From assembly GCA_023255625.1 (NCBI GenBank), contig JAHFLF010000001.1, positions 185,766 through 249,765 on the forward strand: a stretch of 64,000 nt of DNA, read 5' to 3'. This DNA is from Candidatus Harrisonbacteria bacterium. Lineage in GTDB: Bacteria > Patescibacteriota > Minisyncoccia > UBA6257 > 1-14-0-10-44-23. The position numbers and the translations under genes are program-made. Positions 8,783 through 19,324 of this stretch are shown one piece after another. Each line of letters starts with the position of its first letter. Within the stretch, counting starts at the first letter, position 1. The notes under the pieces are model-generated. The model ran no database searches. It was not told the DNA's origin and saw only the letters and a list, made by a program, of their open reading frames with translations.

Positions 8783-8876
8783 ACTGGTTACTTAGTTAGC
8801 TGGTTAGTTTGTTAGTTAGCGGGTTCAGGTTTTTGGTTTTTACTAACTAACCAACTCACTAACTAACCAAGTAACT
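8783..8876. repeat. family B element
   Basis: ggttacttagttagctggttagtttgttagttag ... tactaactaaccaactcactaactaaccaagtaact. Confidence 0.85.
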
Positions 8877-8877
8877 C

Positions 8878-9096
8878 CTAGAGCCGTCTCGTAATCCTGC
8901 CGCGCTCTTTATCGTATGGCGTAAATTCAATGAGCACCCGGTCCCCAAGGGTGATTTTGATGTGGTACATCTTCATCTTCCCCGAGAGATGGCCTAAGGC
9001 CAATGTGTTATCCGGTAATTTGACGCGAAACATGGCGCTCGGAAGGGCCTCTTGAACGATTCCCTCAACCGCGCGGACTGCTTTAGTATCTACCAT
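8878..9096 (-). CDS. infA: translation initiation factor IF-1
   Basis: EALPSAMFRVKL, HLSGKMK..IKI..GDRV, TPYD..RGRI. Confidence 0.97.
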   Translation of the reverse strand: MVDTKAVRAVEGIVQEALPSAMFRVKLPDNTLALGHLSGKMKMYHIKITLGDRVLIEFTPYDKERGRITRRL

Positions 9097-9140
9097 TGAT
9101 TGGGAAAGTATACTCGATGAGGAAAAATATGTCAACCAAT

Positions 9141-9234
9141 CAGTAATCGCTAACACGCGAATACAGACAAATACACGAATAGAATCTTGGGTTCATTTGC
9201 GTATTAGTCTTGATTGGCATGTTCGCGATTACTG
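9141..9234. repeat. family D element
   Basis: cagtaatcgctaacacgcgaat ... attggcatgttcgcgattactg terminal inverted arms. Confidence 0.75.
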
Positions 9235-9238
9235 TTGA

Positions 9239-10948
9239 TTACTGAATTATCACGGCAATCTTATCTAAATCAGACGGCACGGTATGCACATAAAATGGCT
9301 TGAGCGTAACTTTGCCGCCGCTAATTCCTTCAATCGCAAACACGAGCGCATTGAGTTGTGTATCCGGTTGACCGGCCAGTTTCTGGGCGATGTCGACAGC
9401 AGAAACAATCCGCGACAGCGAGACATCGTACTTAATAGGAACTGACATTCGGCCGGAGCCAAGAGCAATCGTCTTTGGATTTAGGGTACCGTAAACTAGA
9501 GTATCGCTGTCTACCTTAAAATCTTTACCAATCGCGTTTTTTAAGCGCTGCGTCAGTAGTAGTCGTAAATCACTTTCTCGGAAAGCCAGAATGCTTAACT
9601 GTGCTTCAGTAACCACGCCGACAGTTCCGTCGCTAGCCGAGACCGATTCAACGACCTGCTTGAGTACCGTTACCTTGGTCGCGCCCGGCAAAACCTTAAA
9701 CTCCGCAGGCACGCTACCGGCTATTTTCTGCTGCAACTGCTCGGTAACAGTTTTTATCCCCTGTTCTTTCGCGGCAACAACATCTTTTTCAGTCGGCACA
9801 CTCGTCTCGCCAACAAACCCGCCGCTGGCGCCTTCTTTGAGCTCGCCGTAAAAACCATCATATTTGGGCGTTTTCAAAAATCCAGGAATCGTCAATTTGG
9901 CCGTCTGGCCCAAATTAGCTTCGGCGCCGGGTTTATCTGCAACTACGGGGACCGAAATTGTCGATGGTATAATCTTGCCATTTTCAATTTTTGCACCAGG
10001 AATAATTAACGGACTGGCAGTTCTAAAGATAATTCCCGCTGGAGTTACAAAACGAGTATTAGCAACAATGCTTTGCGGCTGCGAACTGTAACCGTTGTAA
10101 ACGGTTAAATTAGCCGTCGCCTTGATACTGACATATTTTTTACCGGTAGCCGGTACGCGTTTTGTAAAGCTATCTCGCACAACAAAAATCTGTCCCGGCG
10201 CACGGCTGCCAGATTCATCAATGCTCGTCAGGGCCTTATCAATGCCGATTGAACCATCGAAGCTCCAATTTTTTTTCTCGGTTACCACCGTTATCTCTGC
10301 GTGCGGTAAAACAGCGGCGGCCACATACGAGACGATTGCCAGTCCGACAATTATCGCGCCGGAAATTAAAAATAAAATTTTACGGCGGGAGCGCCGGTTT
10401 GGGCGGATTGGTTCACCTTGTGTCCGGCGCATAACATCGCTTTTAGTAGCTCTGGCCGGCGCGGCTTGAATGAAACTCACATCCGGCTCTGCACTATCCC
10501 CATCAGGAGTCAGCTCGTTCTCCGGTTCTGAATCACGCGAAACTCTCCGAGAAGCAGCCGGCTCTGCCCGACTCCGAGTCGCGCGACGCGGCCGCTCTTC
10601 ATTTTCTGGAACAACTTGGACGCGTACTGAACGACTCCGGCCGGCCCTCGGCTTCGCTGATTTTGTGCCAGTTGCCCCATCATCCCCAACCACCGCCTGC
10701 TCTATGATACCCAGGCCGGATCTGGCGGCGCGCTCGCGAATGCCAAGATCGGTAGTTTCAATAATGACCTCGCGTTTGAGAAGAGAGGCCTCGCGTTTAA
10801 GTAATTTAAAATTATTCAGCAGCTGGCCAAAAATTGCGCCGGGAGCAATCTCAAAAATAACCTGCTCGGACTCGGCGTCAATTAATTGCTCAACAACGAA
10901 GGCGACATCGTCGCTGCGTTTTACAGAAATATGAATTGGTTCAGCCAT
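9239..10948 (-). CDS. membrane-anchored protein with baseplate-J-like domain (common in CPR)
   Basis: NFKLLKR N-terminal domain, one TM, ATGKK...A...LTVYN, V.ADKPG.E.N, FTIPG-like and GGF.G motifs. Confidence 0.65.
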   Translation of the reverse strand: MAEPIHISVKRSDDVAFVVEQLIDAESEQVIFEIAPGAIFGQLLNNFKLLKREASLLKREVIIETTDLGIRERAARSGLGIIEQAVVGDDGATGTKSAKPRAGRSRSVRVQVVPENEERPRRATRSRAEPAASRRVSRDSEPENELTPDGDSAEPDVSFIQAAPARATKSDVMRRTQGEPIRPNRRSRRKILFLISGAIIVGLAIVSYVAAAVLPHAEITVVTEKKNWSFDGSIGIDKALTSIDESGSRAPGQIFVVRDSFTKRVPATGKKYVSIKATANLTVYNGYSSQPQSIVANTRFVTPAGIIFRTASPLIIPGAKIENGKIIPSTISVPVVADKPGAEANLGQTAKLTIPGFLKTPKYDGFYGELKEGASGGFVGETSVPTEKDVVAAKEQGIKTVTEQLQQKIAGSVPAEFKVLPGATKVTVLKQVVESVSASDGTVGVVTEAQLSILAFRESDLRLLLTQRLKNAIGKDFKVDSDTLVYGTLNPKTIALGSGRMSVPIKYDVSLSRIVSAVDIAQKLAGQPDTQLNALVFAIEGISGGKVTLKPFYVHTVPSDLDKIAVIIQ

Positions 10949-10969
10949 GTTAAAATTTTCGGCCCGGTC

Positions 10970-12208
10970 TTAGGAATGGACTACATCGTGCTGTGCGGCA
11001 ATCCAGCGAGCCCTTTGTCTGGCAGTTTTGCCAACCAATGACTCGTGTGAACCGGCGCAAACACGACGAACTAGAGCCAGCGCCGTATCGTATGACGGAA
11101 TCAAACCGCCGCGCGGCACGCTCCGATTATATTGTACCACAAGCCCGCGGGAGCCAGCCGGATTTTCGTCTGTCAGAATCGTATAATTTCCGGAAACGCC
11201 CAGCCGCTTCAATAATCGATCGTGATTAAGCAGCGCCGGCAGGGCGGTTACGCTATGCACGAAGACCGGCAAACCGCGCCGATTGCGATGCGCCTCTATT
11301 GTATGCATAAGCACAGAAAATTCTGCTTCAAGCGCCCGCTCTATCTGATTCGCAACTGCATCTGAACATTGCCCGGCGGCATACCGATCAATCAGCGCCG
11401 ATGCGACAGTAACCGGTAAACCAAAAGGTGCGACGACCCCGGCGAACATCCCACCGCTCCCCCACTGCACAGTATCGCGATAAGTGACGGCTCCGCCTAC
11501 GAGAGAATAGACTATAGTTTGCCGCTCACCGATCTCTAGAAACAACGCCTCGTCTTTGACTAAAGCCGCGGCGTATCCGGCCCAAAAACCGGTTCGCTCC
11601 GTCACAGACATTATTTTATCTGCAGAAAGCAGATTTAAAATTTCCTGCCACGGCTCGCTGCGAATAAAGGTTGCCCGCAAAAGACAATCAACAACATGGG
11701 AACGAAAACCAACCGGACTAATAACTCGGTGTCCATCTAGTTTAAGCTGCGCGACATCTATATCTGCTAGCCGGAGCTGCAATTCATTTACGCCGAGTAA
11801 TTTTGCGGCTAAACTGCGATCGCGCTGAAAAAGTTTCCAAACTCCGTGCCGCACTATATTTTCCAGTTCAGAAACTGTAATTTCCGCATTCCAGTCCGGC
11901 CTTGTCAGCGCAACACTCTGCTGGATAAGCACCGCATCCTTTGTATCAAATACAAGAATATATTGAGCATCTTCCAGAATGGTCTTGGCGGATAAAAATT
12001 GCTCAAGATCTCTGGCAAACCCACCGCCGGTTTCTGCGCTGCGTGTCATTTGGTTTTGTTTATCAACGGAGATAATTCCGTCAGCGCGGACGCTGATAAT
12101 CACATAGCGCATGAAATTTGCATAAAACTCAAATACGACGAATCGCTGGCTCGAACCGGCGCTTGGCGCTTGTTTTTCGCAGGTTTCTTTCATATGATTA
12201 GTGTACAT
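10970..12208 (-). CDS. divergent FtsA/actin-like protein
   Basis: KLDGHRVISPVGF, LFLEIGERQT, WGSGGM; typical CPR partner of the baseplate-J-like gene. Confidence 0.5.
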   Translation of the reverse strand: MYTNHMKETCEKQAPSAGSSQRFVVFEFYANFMRYVIISVRADGIISVDKQNQMTRSAETGGGFARDLEQFLSAKTILEDAQYILVFDTKDAVLIQQSVALTRPDWNAEITVSELENIVRHGVWKLFQRDRSLAAKLLGVNELQLRLADIDVAQLKLDGHRVISPVGFRSHVVDCLLRATFIRSEPWQEILNLLSADKIMSVTERTGFWAGYAAALVKDEALFLEIGERQTIVYSLVGGAVTYRDTVQWGSGGMFAGVVAPFGLPVTVASALIDRYAAGQCSDAVANQIERALEAEFSVLMHTIEAHRNRRGLPVFVHSVTALPALLNHDRLLKRLGVSGNYTILTDENPAGSRGLVVQYNRSVPRGGLIPSYDTALALVRRVCAGSHESLVGKTARQRARWIAAQHDVVHS

Positions 12209-12238
12209 CAGTTCTTAATTAACAACGCCAAAATTCTC

Positions 12239-14227
12239 ATGCTTGTAAAAATATCCAGAATTTTCATCTATGCCGCGCTCGTCACGCCTATCTTTTTAAA
12301 TCGCTCCCTTTTTTTCCCGTTCATTTCCGGAAAACAAATATTTTTCCGAGTTTGCGTTGAAGCGGCGCTTGGTTTTTTTCTTTTACATCTGGCTGTCATA
12401 CTTTTTAACCGCAACTCAACCCGCATCAAAACAACGCTGGCCGGACTCAAGCATCATCTGAGCCACCCGATTATAATTTGTCTGGCCATCTTTGCGTTCG
12501 GTTTTGTTATCTCTACCCTCTTCAGTCAAAGTCCGACTGCAGCGTTTTGGTCAAACTACGAACGCGGAGACGGCGCCTTCCAAATTCTCCATTATGTCCT
12601 CTTCGCCATCTTAATAAAAATCCTTTTCACCGAGGAGCGGTTGCTGGCACGGTTAATAATCACAAATATCGTAGTGAGTATTCCGGTTTGTTTTTATGCG
12701 CTAGCTCAAATGCTGGCTGATCCAAGTAACACCACTATCCTTTCCGCAGGCAGCCGAGTTTCCGGAACGCTTGGCAACCCCTCTTATTTGGCTGGCTATT
12801 TAATTTTTAACATATGTTTCATGGTCTACTTTCTGCTTCGCAGCAAAGATACTTTGGTACAAATAGGCCTTGGCTTATTAACCGCGTTGCAAATCTTTCT
12901 GATTATTAAAGCGCAGACGATTGGAGCGGCGCTGGGTATTTTTATCGGACTCGTAGTTTTTGCTATCCATCTAGCATTAACCACCAAAGATAAACGGATT
13001 AAGAAAATCGGCCTGTATGTTGGCGGCGCAGCCGTGGCCTTTACTCTAATTTTCTTTGCGACCAGGAGCGCTCCTTTCTGGCAGAAAGTCCCACTATTTG
13101 AACGCATTACAAATATCAGCCAGGCCTATGAGAATTTAAAACCGCGGCTCTGGGCCTGGAATAGTGCGGTATCCGGTTTTAAAGAAAAACCAATTATAGG
13201 ATGGGGTCTGGAAAACTTCCCTTATGCTTTTGATAAATATTACGATGCCCGTCATTTCGGCCGTGAATCATTCTTTGATCGCACGCACAATTTATTCCTG
13301 GAGTATCTGATTGGCGGCGGACTGCTCTCCTTTATACCTTGGCTGTTAGTCTTTTTCTTCTATTACCGAGGGTTGCGTAAACGGCCGACTTCAATTTGGA
13401 AAAGTATTCTCGTTGCCATGCCGGCTATTTATCTAGTGCAGGGATTCGTTTTATTTGATGTCTTGAGTATCTATCTTCCGCTTTTCCTGCTGCTCATTTT
13501 TGTCGTGAGCACAAATGATCCGCAAAAACACGAACCCCAAATTACCGGCAGAGAAAACCTAAAATTTTCGGGCTTGAATTATCTATCGACAGGACTTATC
13601 TCCATAGCAATTCTGACACTGATATATACCACAAGCTATCTGCCGCTACGCCGCAACCAGCTAATTATAACGGCGCTCGGCGGGGCGGCAGGTTTAATGA
13701 ACGAGGTCTCGAACCGAAATGACGGCAAGCTCACCAAAACCCCAGCAGAGGTTATCGAACTTTTCCATAACGCGATTGACTACCGTTCTCCGGTCGGCAG
13801 GAGTGAGGCGATTGAAATGTATCAAAAATTCGTCCTGGATCTGCTTACTGCCGTAAGCCAAATTCCGGATATAACCAAAAATGAAAACGCGAAGCGCGAC
13901 ACGGAAATGATTTTGGCCGATGTTAACGATTATGTTGATCAAAATGAAAATCTAACTCCCGGCGTTAAAACCCTTTTCATTAATGCCGGCTTGAATATCA
14001 AAATGGGCGTGCTCTTCAAAATGCCGAAAAACATAGAACGCGGCCGAAAAATTAGCGAGGAAAAATTAGCGATAGCACCGAATCGAATAGAGCTAATTAA
14101 TCTGCTTATACAGCTCGCCCAAGATACAAATGATAAAGTACTGCTGTCGAAATGGGCGCCGATTGCCGTATCGCTACGACCGGATTTGTACAAGATTACA
14201 CCGGCAACTACGACCAGTATTCGCTAG
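12239..14227 (+). CDS. O-antigen ligase / O-oligosaccharyltransferase family protein
   Basis: FFPFISGK, FWSNYERGDG, R.SGTLGNPSYLA, KPIIGWGLENF, FDRTHN. Confidence 0.85.
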   Translation: MLVKISRIFIYAALVTPIFLNRSLFFPFISGKQIFFRVCVEAALGFFLLHLAVILFNRNSTRIKTTLAGLKHHLSHPIIICLAIFAFGFVISTLFSQSPTAAFWSNYERGDGAFQILHYVLFAILIKILFTEERLLARLIITNIVVSIPVCFYALAQMLADPSNTTILSAGSRVSGTLGNPSYLAGYLIFNICFMVYFLLRSKDTLVQIGLGLLTALQIFLIIKAQTIGAALGIFIGLVVFAIHLALTTKDKRIKKIGLYVGGAAVAFTLIFFATRSAPFWQKVPLFERITNISQAYENLKPRLWAWNSAVSGFKEKPIIGWGLENFPYAFDKYYDARHFGRESFFDRTHNLFLEYLIGGGLLSFIPWLLVFFFYYRGLRKRPTSIWKSILVAMPAIYLVQGFVLFDVLSIYLPLFLLLIFVVSTNDPQKHEPQITGRENLKFSGLNYLSTGLISIAILTLIYTTSYLPLRRNQLIITALGGAAGLMNEVSNRNDGKLTKTPAEVIELFHNAIDYRSPVGRSEAIEMYQKFVLDLLTAVSQIPDITKNENAKRDTEMILADVNDYVDQNENLTPGVKTLFINAGLNIKMGVLFKMPKNIERGRKISEEKLAIAPNRIELINLLIQLAQDTNDKVLLSKWAPIAVSLRPDLYKITPATTTSIR

Positions 14228-15006
14228 AGAATCCATCTGGTTAGTGAGCCGAGTAGGACGACAGATATAACCAAAATAAAAAATGAGTAACGCAGGAAAC
14301 GGCTGCGCAATGTCCCAAACAAGTATTGTTCGGTGATAGCCGTCGAAATAACCGTCAGTAAGGCAAGCGCTGCCGCCGTATAACCGATTGAAATTGGCAA
14401 AAGTCGCAGCACCCAGGCGATCTCGACAAACTGAATAGCAGTAATCCCGGCGGCAAATCTGATCAAGCGCAGGTCTTTTTGTCCGTGCGTAGTAAAATAC
14501 TCATGCGTAAGACCGTATAAAAAAAATGCGCCGATAATCGTCGCTCGGATCGGGTGCAAACCCGATTGTCCGGTGATAAATAATAAACTTGTTCCCCAAA
14601 CTAGTCCGGCGTGCAAAACCTGATACAACCGAAAATTACTTTTGAAAATCTTAGCCGCAACGCAGATATATAAATAGCAGAGAACGGTAAAAATAATCGC
14701 AAATAAATGCTCCGGCAAAACATGGTAAGGCGCCCATTGCGGAGTTATTAGTGTAAACCGCGAGGGCATAAGCAGCGCCAAACCGCAAAGCGTCACCCAG
14801 CCAATCAGCCCGGTAAATTTTCGCTGCACCGGTGTCACATAAATTATAAATGCCCAAACCAAAAAAATCAGTATTGAAAAACTTGAATACTCTGCTCGTT
14901 GCACATTCAGAATCAATAAACCAAAAACAACCGCCTTCAGCCCGGCGCGTACAGAGGGTTGGTTCAAAAAATTTCGTAATGTTTCCAAATATGACTTGGT
15001 TAGCAT
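14224..15006 (-). CDS. polytopic membrane protein
   Basis: About 8 hydrophobic segments with an EIAW.L.LLP motif. Confidence 0.65.
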   Translation of the reverse strand: MLTKSYLETLRNFLNQPSVRAGLKAVVFGLLILNVQRAEYSSFSILIFLVWAFIIYVTPVQRKFTGLIGWVTLCGLALLMPSRFTLITPQWAPYHVLPEHLFAIIFTVLCYLYICVAAKIFKSNFRLYQVLHAGLVWGTSLLFITGQSGLHPIRATIIGAFFLYGLTHEYFTTHGQKDLRLIRFAAGITAIQFVEIAWVLRLLPISIGYTAAALALLTVISTAITEQYLFGTLRSRFLRYSFFILVISVVLLGSLTRWIL

Positions 15007-15079
15007 AAGAATTTAGAGCTTGTTAGCAAACAAGCTCTATTCTGCCACAGCATTCGAATGCTGCCAATGCGAAACGAGA

Positions 15080-15146
15080 AAAAGGTGGCTGTGTAATTTT
15101 TCGGCAAACGGGGTTCTATTGCCGAAAAATTACACAGCCACCTTTT
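15080..15146. repeat. perfect 28-bp-stem hairpin downstream of clpB
   Basis: aaaaggtggctgtgtaatttttcggcaa / ttgccgaaaaattacacagccacctttt with an 11-nt loop. Confidence 0.8.
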
Positions 15147-15172
15147 ATTCTTCTAAAAAATAGTTCGCGATA

Positions 15173-17887
15173 CTACGCGACTGAAATCACCGGGCGCTCA
15201 TTAGTAAACCCAATTTTCACTTTATCTCCATCTTTAATCTGGCCGCGGATTATTTTGTCTGCCATTGCGTCTAAAATCGTCTTTTGAATCAGCCGGGCAA
15301 TCGGCCGTGCGCCAAAATCCGGATCAAATCCGTGCTCAACGATGTACGCCCGGGCGCTGGCATCAATCGTTACAATGATATTGCGCTTGGCGAGCTTCTC
15401 CCGAATCTCGCCGAGCTGAATATCCACAATCCGCTCAATATCCTCACGGCGCAAACCGTTAAAGATGATAATCTCATCAATTCGATTTAGAAACTCCGGC
15501 TTAAAGTTTCCTTTGAGGGATTCCTTCACGCGATCCTTAAAACTATCCTCCTGCCGGTCTATCTCTTTCTTTGTGTTATTGCCGAAACCAAGAGTAGCCA
15601 TCTCTTTGAAATAATGGCTCCCGACATTGCTGGTCAGAATGATAATCGTGTTTTTGAAATTAACGGTTTTGCCGTGCGCGTCGGTCAGCCGCCCGTTATC
15701 CAAAATTTGCAGCAAAATATTAAACACCTCTGGGTGCGCTTTTTCAATCTCGTCAAAAAGAATCAAGCTGTACGGCCGATGCCGAATAGTTTCGGTCAGT
15801 TGCCCGCCCTCCTCAAACCCAACATAGCCGGGCGGAGAGCCGATCAGACGGCTGACGGCATGCTTTTCCATGTACTCGCTCATGTCCACGCGGACAATCG
15901 CCTTCTCGTCATTAAACATCAGCTGGGCTAGCGATCGAGCCAGTTCGGTCTTGCCAACTCCAGTTGGCCCTAGAAACATAAATGAACCGAGCGGCCGATC
16001 CTCGTGAGAAAGTCCGGCACGAGCCCGGCGCAGAGCACCGGCGACAGAGCCAACCGCCTGATCCTGGCCAATCACGCGCTGGTGCAGCACCTCCTCGAGC
16101 TTGAGCATTTTGTCGGTCTCGGTTTCCAGCATTTTGGTAATGGGAATGCCGGTCCAACGAGCCACAACTGCGGCAATATCCTCTTCATCAACAACCTCTT
16201 TGACAAAGGTCTCGCCGCTGGCTCGTTTCTTTTTCTTGGCCTCGCCGTCCTCGCTAAAATGCTTGCCTTCAAATGCTTTATACTCTTTCTCGGCCTGCGG
16301 CAATTCGCCATATAAAATCTGCGCGACTCTTTCCAGGTTGCCCTCGCGCTCTACCTTTTCAGCTTCTTTTTTCAGTTGATCAATCCGTTTTCGCAGATTG
16401 TGAAAATTTTCCAAAGTCATCGTCTCGCCATGCCAGGCGGCAGAGAGCTCATCATTTTTCTTTTTAAGTTCTGTTAGCTTATCTTCAATTTCTTTGAGTC
16501 GTTTTTCGCTATCGGAAATCACGCTCGCTGTCTTACTACGCCGACTGGTGGATGCGGCAGTTTTTTTAACCGGCACAACTTCGTTTTGCAATGCCTTTTT
16601 TTCAATTTCCAAACGAGTAATTTCGCGGCGGATCTTTTCGATCGCCGCCGGGGTGCTTTCAGTCTCCATTTTCAGCGCCGCCGCCGCCTCATCAATCAAA
16701 TCCACCGCCTTATCCGGCAAAAAACGATCAGTGATATAACGCGTGGAAAGATTAACCGCGGCGACAATCGCCCGGTCGCTAATCCGCAGCCCGTGATGAA
16801 TCTCGTATTTTTCTTTGAGCCCACGCAAAATTGAAATCGAATCTTCAATCGATGGCTCCTCCACCATAATCGGGGCAAAGCGCCTCTCTAGCGCCGGATC
16901 TTTTTCAATATGCCGCTGATACTCACGGGTGGTCGTGGCTCCGATCGCGTGCAGCTCGCCGCGAGCCAGAGCCGGCTTAAGCAAATTCGAGGCATCGATA
17001 GCACCTTCCGCCGCGCCGGCCCCGACGATCATGTGAATCTCATCGATAAATAAAATAATCCGACCAGAGGAATTTTGCAGCTCTTTTATAAAGGCCTTGA
17101 GCCGATCTTCAAATTCGCCGCGGAATTTAGTCCCGGCAATCAAACTACCCAAGTCCAGCGCCACCACCTCTTTCCCTTTGAGTGTCTCGGGAACTTCTCC
17201 GGAAATTATTTTTTGTGCGAGTCCCTCAACAATCGCCGTTTTCCCAACGCCCGGCTCACCGATTAAAACCGGATTATTTTTTGTCCGGCGAGAAAGCACC
17301 TGGATCACGCGGCGCAGCTCCTCTTCGCGACCGATAACCGGATCAAGCTTGCCCTCGCGCGCCTTATTAGTCAGATTCACCGCATATTTTTCCAAAACCT
17401 GAAATTTGCTCTCTGGAGTTTCATCAGTAACTCTGGTGCTGCCTCGCAGCTGCGCTAAAATTTTTACCAGCGCTTCGCGGCGGGCTCCAGCCCGCTCTAA
17501 AATTGCCCTAGCCGTCGAATCAACCTCGAGCATGGCCAGTAAAAGGTGCTCGCAGGAAATAAAATCATCCTTTTGTCCGGCGGCAATCTTAGCCGCTCTT
17601 TCTAATAGAGCCATCAGTTCCTGGGAAAGATATAACTGGCCGACACCGCCGCCAAAAATTTTCGGCATCTCCTGAAGCATCTTGCGCGCCTCTTCATCAA
17701 TAGGAGCCACCTGAACGCCGCTCTTCTCTAACATCGGCACAACTAAAGATTGCTGGTCATTAATTAAAGATGAAAGCAAATGCACGGCCTTAAACTCGCC
17801 ATGGTTATAGCTCGCGGCTAACTCCTGCGCGTTCTGAAGCGCCTCCTGGGCCTTGACTGTGAAACGGTTGAAATTTTTGTTGTTCAT
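15173..17887 (-). CDS. clpB: ATP-dependent chaperone ClpB
   Basis: Two AAA+ modules ([16 protein letters not shown]) and a long coiled-coil middle domain. Confidence 0.96.
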   Translation of the reverse strand: MNNKNFNRFTVKAQEALQNAQELAASYNHGEFKAVHLLSSLINDQQSLVVPMLEKSGVQVAPIDEEARKMLQEMPKIFGGGVGQLYLSQELMALLERAAKIAAGQKDDFISCEHLLLAMLEVDSTARAILERAGARREALVKILAQLRGSTRVTDETPESKFQVLEKYAVNLTNKAREGKLDPVIGREEELRRVIQVLSRRTKNNPVLIGEPGVGKTAIVEGLAQKIISGEVPETLKGKEVVALDLGSLIAGTKFRGEFEDRLKAFIKELQNSSGRIILFIDEIHMIVGAGAAEGAIDASNLLKPALARGELHAIGATTTREYQRHIEKDPALERRFAPIMVEEPSIEDSISILRGLKEKYEIHHGLRISDRAIVAAVNLSTRYITDRFLPDKAVDLIDEAAAALKMETESTPAAIEKIRREITRLEIEKKALQNEVVPVKKTAASTSRRSKTASVISDSEKRLKEIEDKLTELKKKNDELSAAWHGETMTLENFHNLRKRIDQLKKEAEKVEREGNLERVAQILYGELPQAEKEYKAFEGKHFSEDGEAKKKKRASGETFVKEVVDEEDIAAVVARWTGIPITKMLETETDKMLKLEEVLHQRVIGQDQAVGSVAGALRRARAGLSHEDRPLGSFMFLGPTGVGKTELARSLAQLMFNDEKAIVRVDMSEYMEKHAVSRLIGSPPGYVGFEEGGQLTETIRHRPYSLILFDEIEKAHPEVFNILLQILDNGRLTDAHGKTVNFKNTIIILTSNVGSHYFKEMATLGFGNNTKKEIDRQEDSFKDRVKESLKGNFKPEFLNRIDEIIIFNGLRREDIERIVDIQLGEIREKLAKRNIIVTIDASARAYIVEHGFDPDFGARPIARLIQKTILDAMADKIIRGQIKDGDKVKIGFTNERPVISVA

Positions 17888-17888
17888 A

Positions 17889-17978
17889 GAGTAATCGCTA
17901 ATATTCTAATAGCTAATAACGCTAATAAAAACTAAAGCGAATTCGCATTATTCGATATTCGCATATTAGCGAACACTC
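17889..17978. repeat. family D element
   Basis: gagtaatcgctaatatt ... atattagcgaacactc. Confidence 0.7.
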
Positions 17979-18023
17979 GGATTATAGCAGATAAAATTGC
18001 TAATTCAAGCTACAAAAATTTGA

Positions 18024-19232
18024 CTACTTCCTCTCCGTAAGCGTTACGGGAATTTCCATCTCCTTCTCACCCCGTAAAATCTTTAAAGTGACAGTATCGC
18101 CAACACTGGCGCGTTGGATCAACGAGATAAGCGAATGGTCTTTATCAATCTCCACGCCATTGATAGCGGTAATTACATCTTCTGCTTGTATGCCGGCATT
18201 CGCCGCCGCTGAACCTGCGGCCACGGCTGGCCCATCCTCACCGCCGCGCACAAGCGCTCCCTCATTAACCTTGATACCGTCGCGCTTGGCAATCTCCTCG
18301 TTCAATAAAATGTAACGAACGCCTAAAAATGGTGCTGCGATCTTGCCGGTTTTCTTTACAGAATTAATATCGCGCTTAGCATTATTGATCGGTAGAGCAA
18401 ATCCAATACTATTTGCGCCGGAAACAACCGCCGTATTGATACCAATCACCTCGCCCTTCAAATTAATCAACGGGCCACCAGAGTTGCCCGGATTAATTGC
18501 CGCATCGGTTTGAATAACCCCTTCCAGCGTCTCCGTGTCAGAGCCGCGCGTCGAGGCAGTTATCGTCCTGGCCAGCCCCGAAACGATGCCGACTGAAACT
18601 GTATTGCGGAATTCGCCGAGCGAATTACCGATGGCAATCGCCGTCTGGCCTAGCCGGATCCCGTCTGAATCAGCCAGCGCCAACACCGGAAAATTTTTCC
18701 CTTCAATTTTTATTACTGCCAAATCCTGTACCGGATCACGCGCCAAAACCTTGGCGGTATATTTCTTGCCGTCATTAGTAAAAACTGTATAACTGGCCTC
18801 AATATCGGCGACGACATGTTTATTTGTAAGAATCAGTCCGTCTGCAGAAACTATGAAACCACTGCCGCCGCCAATATCCTGCATCCGCGTCCCTTTTTGG
18901 CAGGGCTGGCTGAATTGCATTCCGCCACCAAAAAAATCCTGGAATTCCGGCGGTAAATTACCGAACGGATTTGTCGGGCAATTTTCCAGAATCGGCACAT
19001 TTTTACTCACAGTAATCGAAACAATGGCCGGTGAAACCCGATCAACCGCATCGATAATCGCAGTTTCGTATCCTACGGCTGACTGATACTTAGCCGGCCC
19101 ACTTTGAATTGTGGCTGGAGTGGAGGTGGCGTTGTTACTCAAATTTCCTGGCAGAAAAGCGGCGATAGCAAATATAATAATGATCACAGCCCCGCCACTA
19201 ATATATAGAAGATATTTTTTAGGTATATTCAT
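18024..19232 (-). CDS. htrA: HtrA/DegP-like serine protease with PDZ domain
   Basis: TNKHVV, DLAVIKI, QTDAAINPGNSGGPL, N-terminal TM. Confidence 0.95.
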   Translation of the reverse strand: MNIPKKYLLYISGGAVIIIIFAIAAFLPGNLSNNATSTPATIQSGPAKYQSAVGYETAIIDAVDRVSPAIVSITVSKNVPILENCPTNPFGNLPPEFQDFFGGGMQFSQPCQKGTRMQDIGGGSGFIVSADGLILTNKHVVADIEASYTVFTNDGKKYTAKVLARDPVQDLAVIKIEGKNFPVLALADSDGIRLGQTAIAIGNSLGEFRNTVSVGIVSGLARTITASTRGSDTETLEGVIQTDAAINPGNSGGPLINLKGEVIGINTAVVSGANSIGFALPINNAKRDINSVKKTGKIAAPFLGVRYILLNEEIAKRDGIKVNEGALVRGGEDGPAVAAGSAAANAGIQAEDVITAINGVEIDKDHSLISLIQRASVGDTVTLKILRGEKEMEIPVTLTERK

Positions 19233-19246
19233 AATGAAAAATCTCG

Positions 19247-19318
19247 GCGGCGGGCATTTTGGTTTTTGCAGCCATCCCGTAGGGTGGGCCCGGCTGCAAA
19301 AACCAAAATGCCCGCCGC
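19247..19318 (+). repeat. family H capped long hairpin
   Basis: 27-bp perfect stem, cap GCCATCCCGTAGGGTGGGCCCGGC. Confidence 0.85.
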
Positions 19319-19324
19319 ATCGTA

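Noticed and set aside
5147-9234. Repeats as a CRISPR array
   Set aside because: There is no constant 25-45 nt repeat with unique spacers; the units are 4-10 nt, degenerate and inverted, and no cas genes are present.
9239-10948. Prophage or contractile tail locus
   Set aside because: Only one baseplate-like domain is present, with a TM anchor and no other structural phage genes.
11999-12238. N-terminal extension of the O-antigen ligase ORF
   Set aside because: It overlaps the divergent gene on the other strand; ATG 12239 gives a normal N-terminus.
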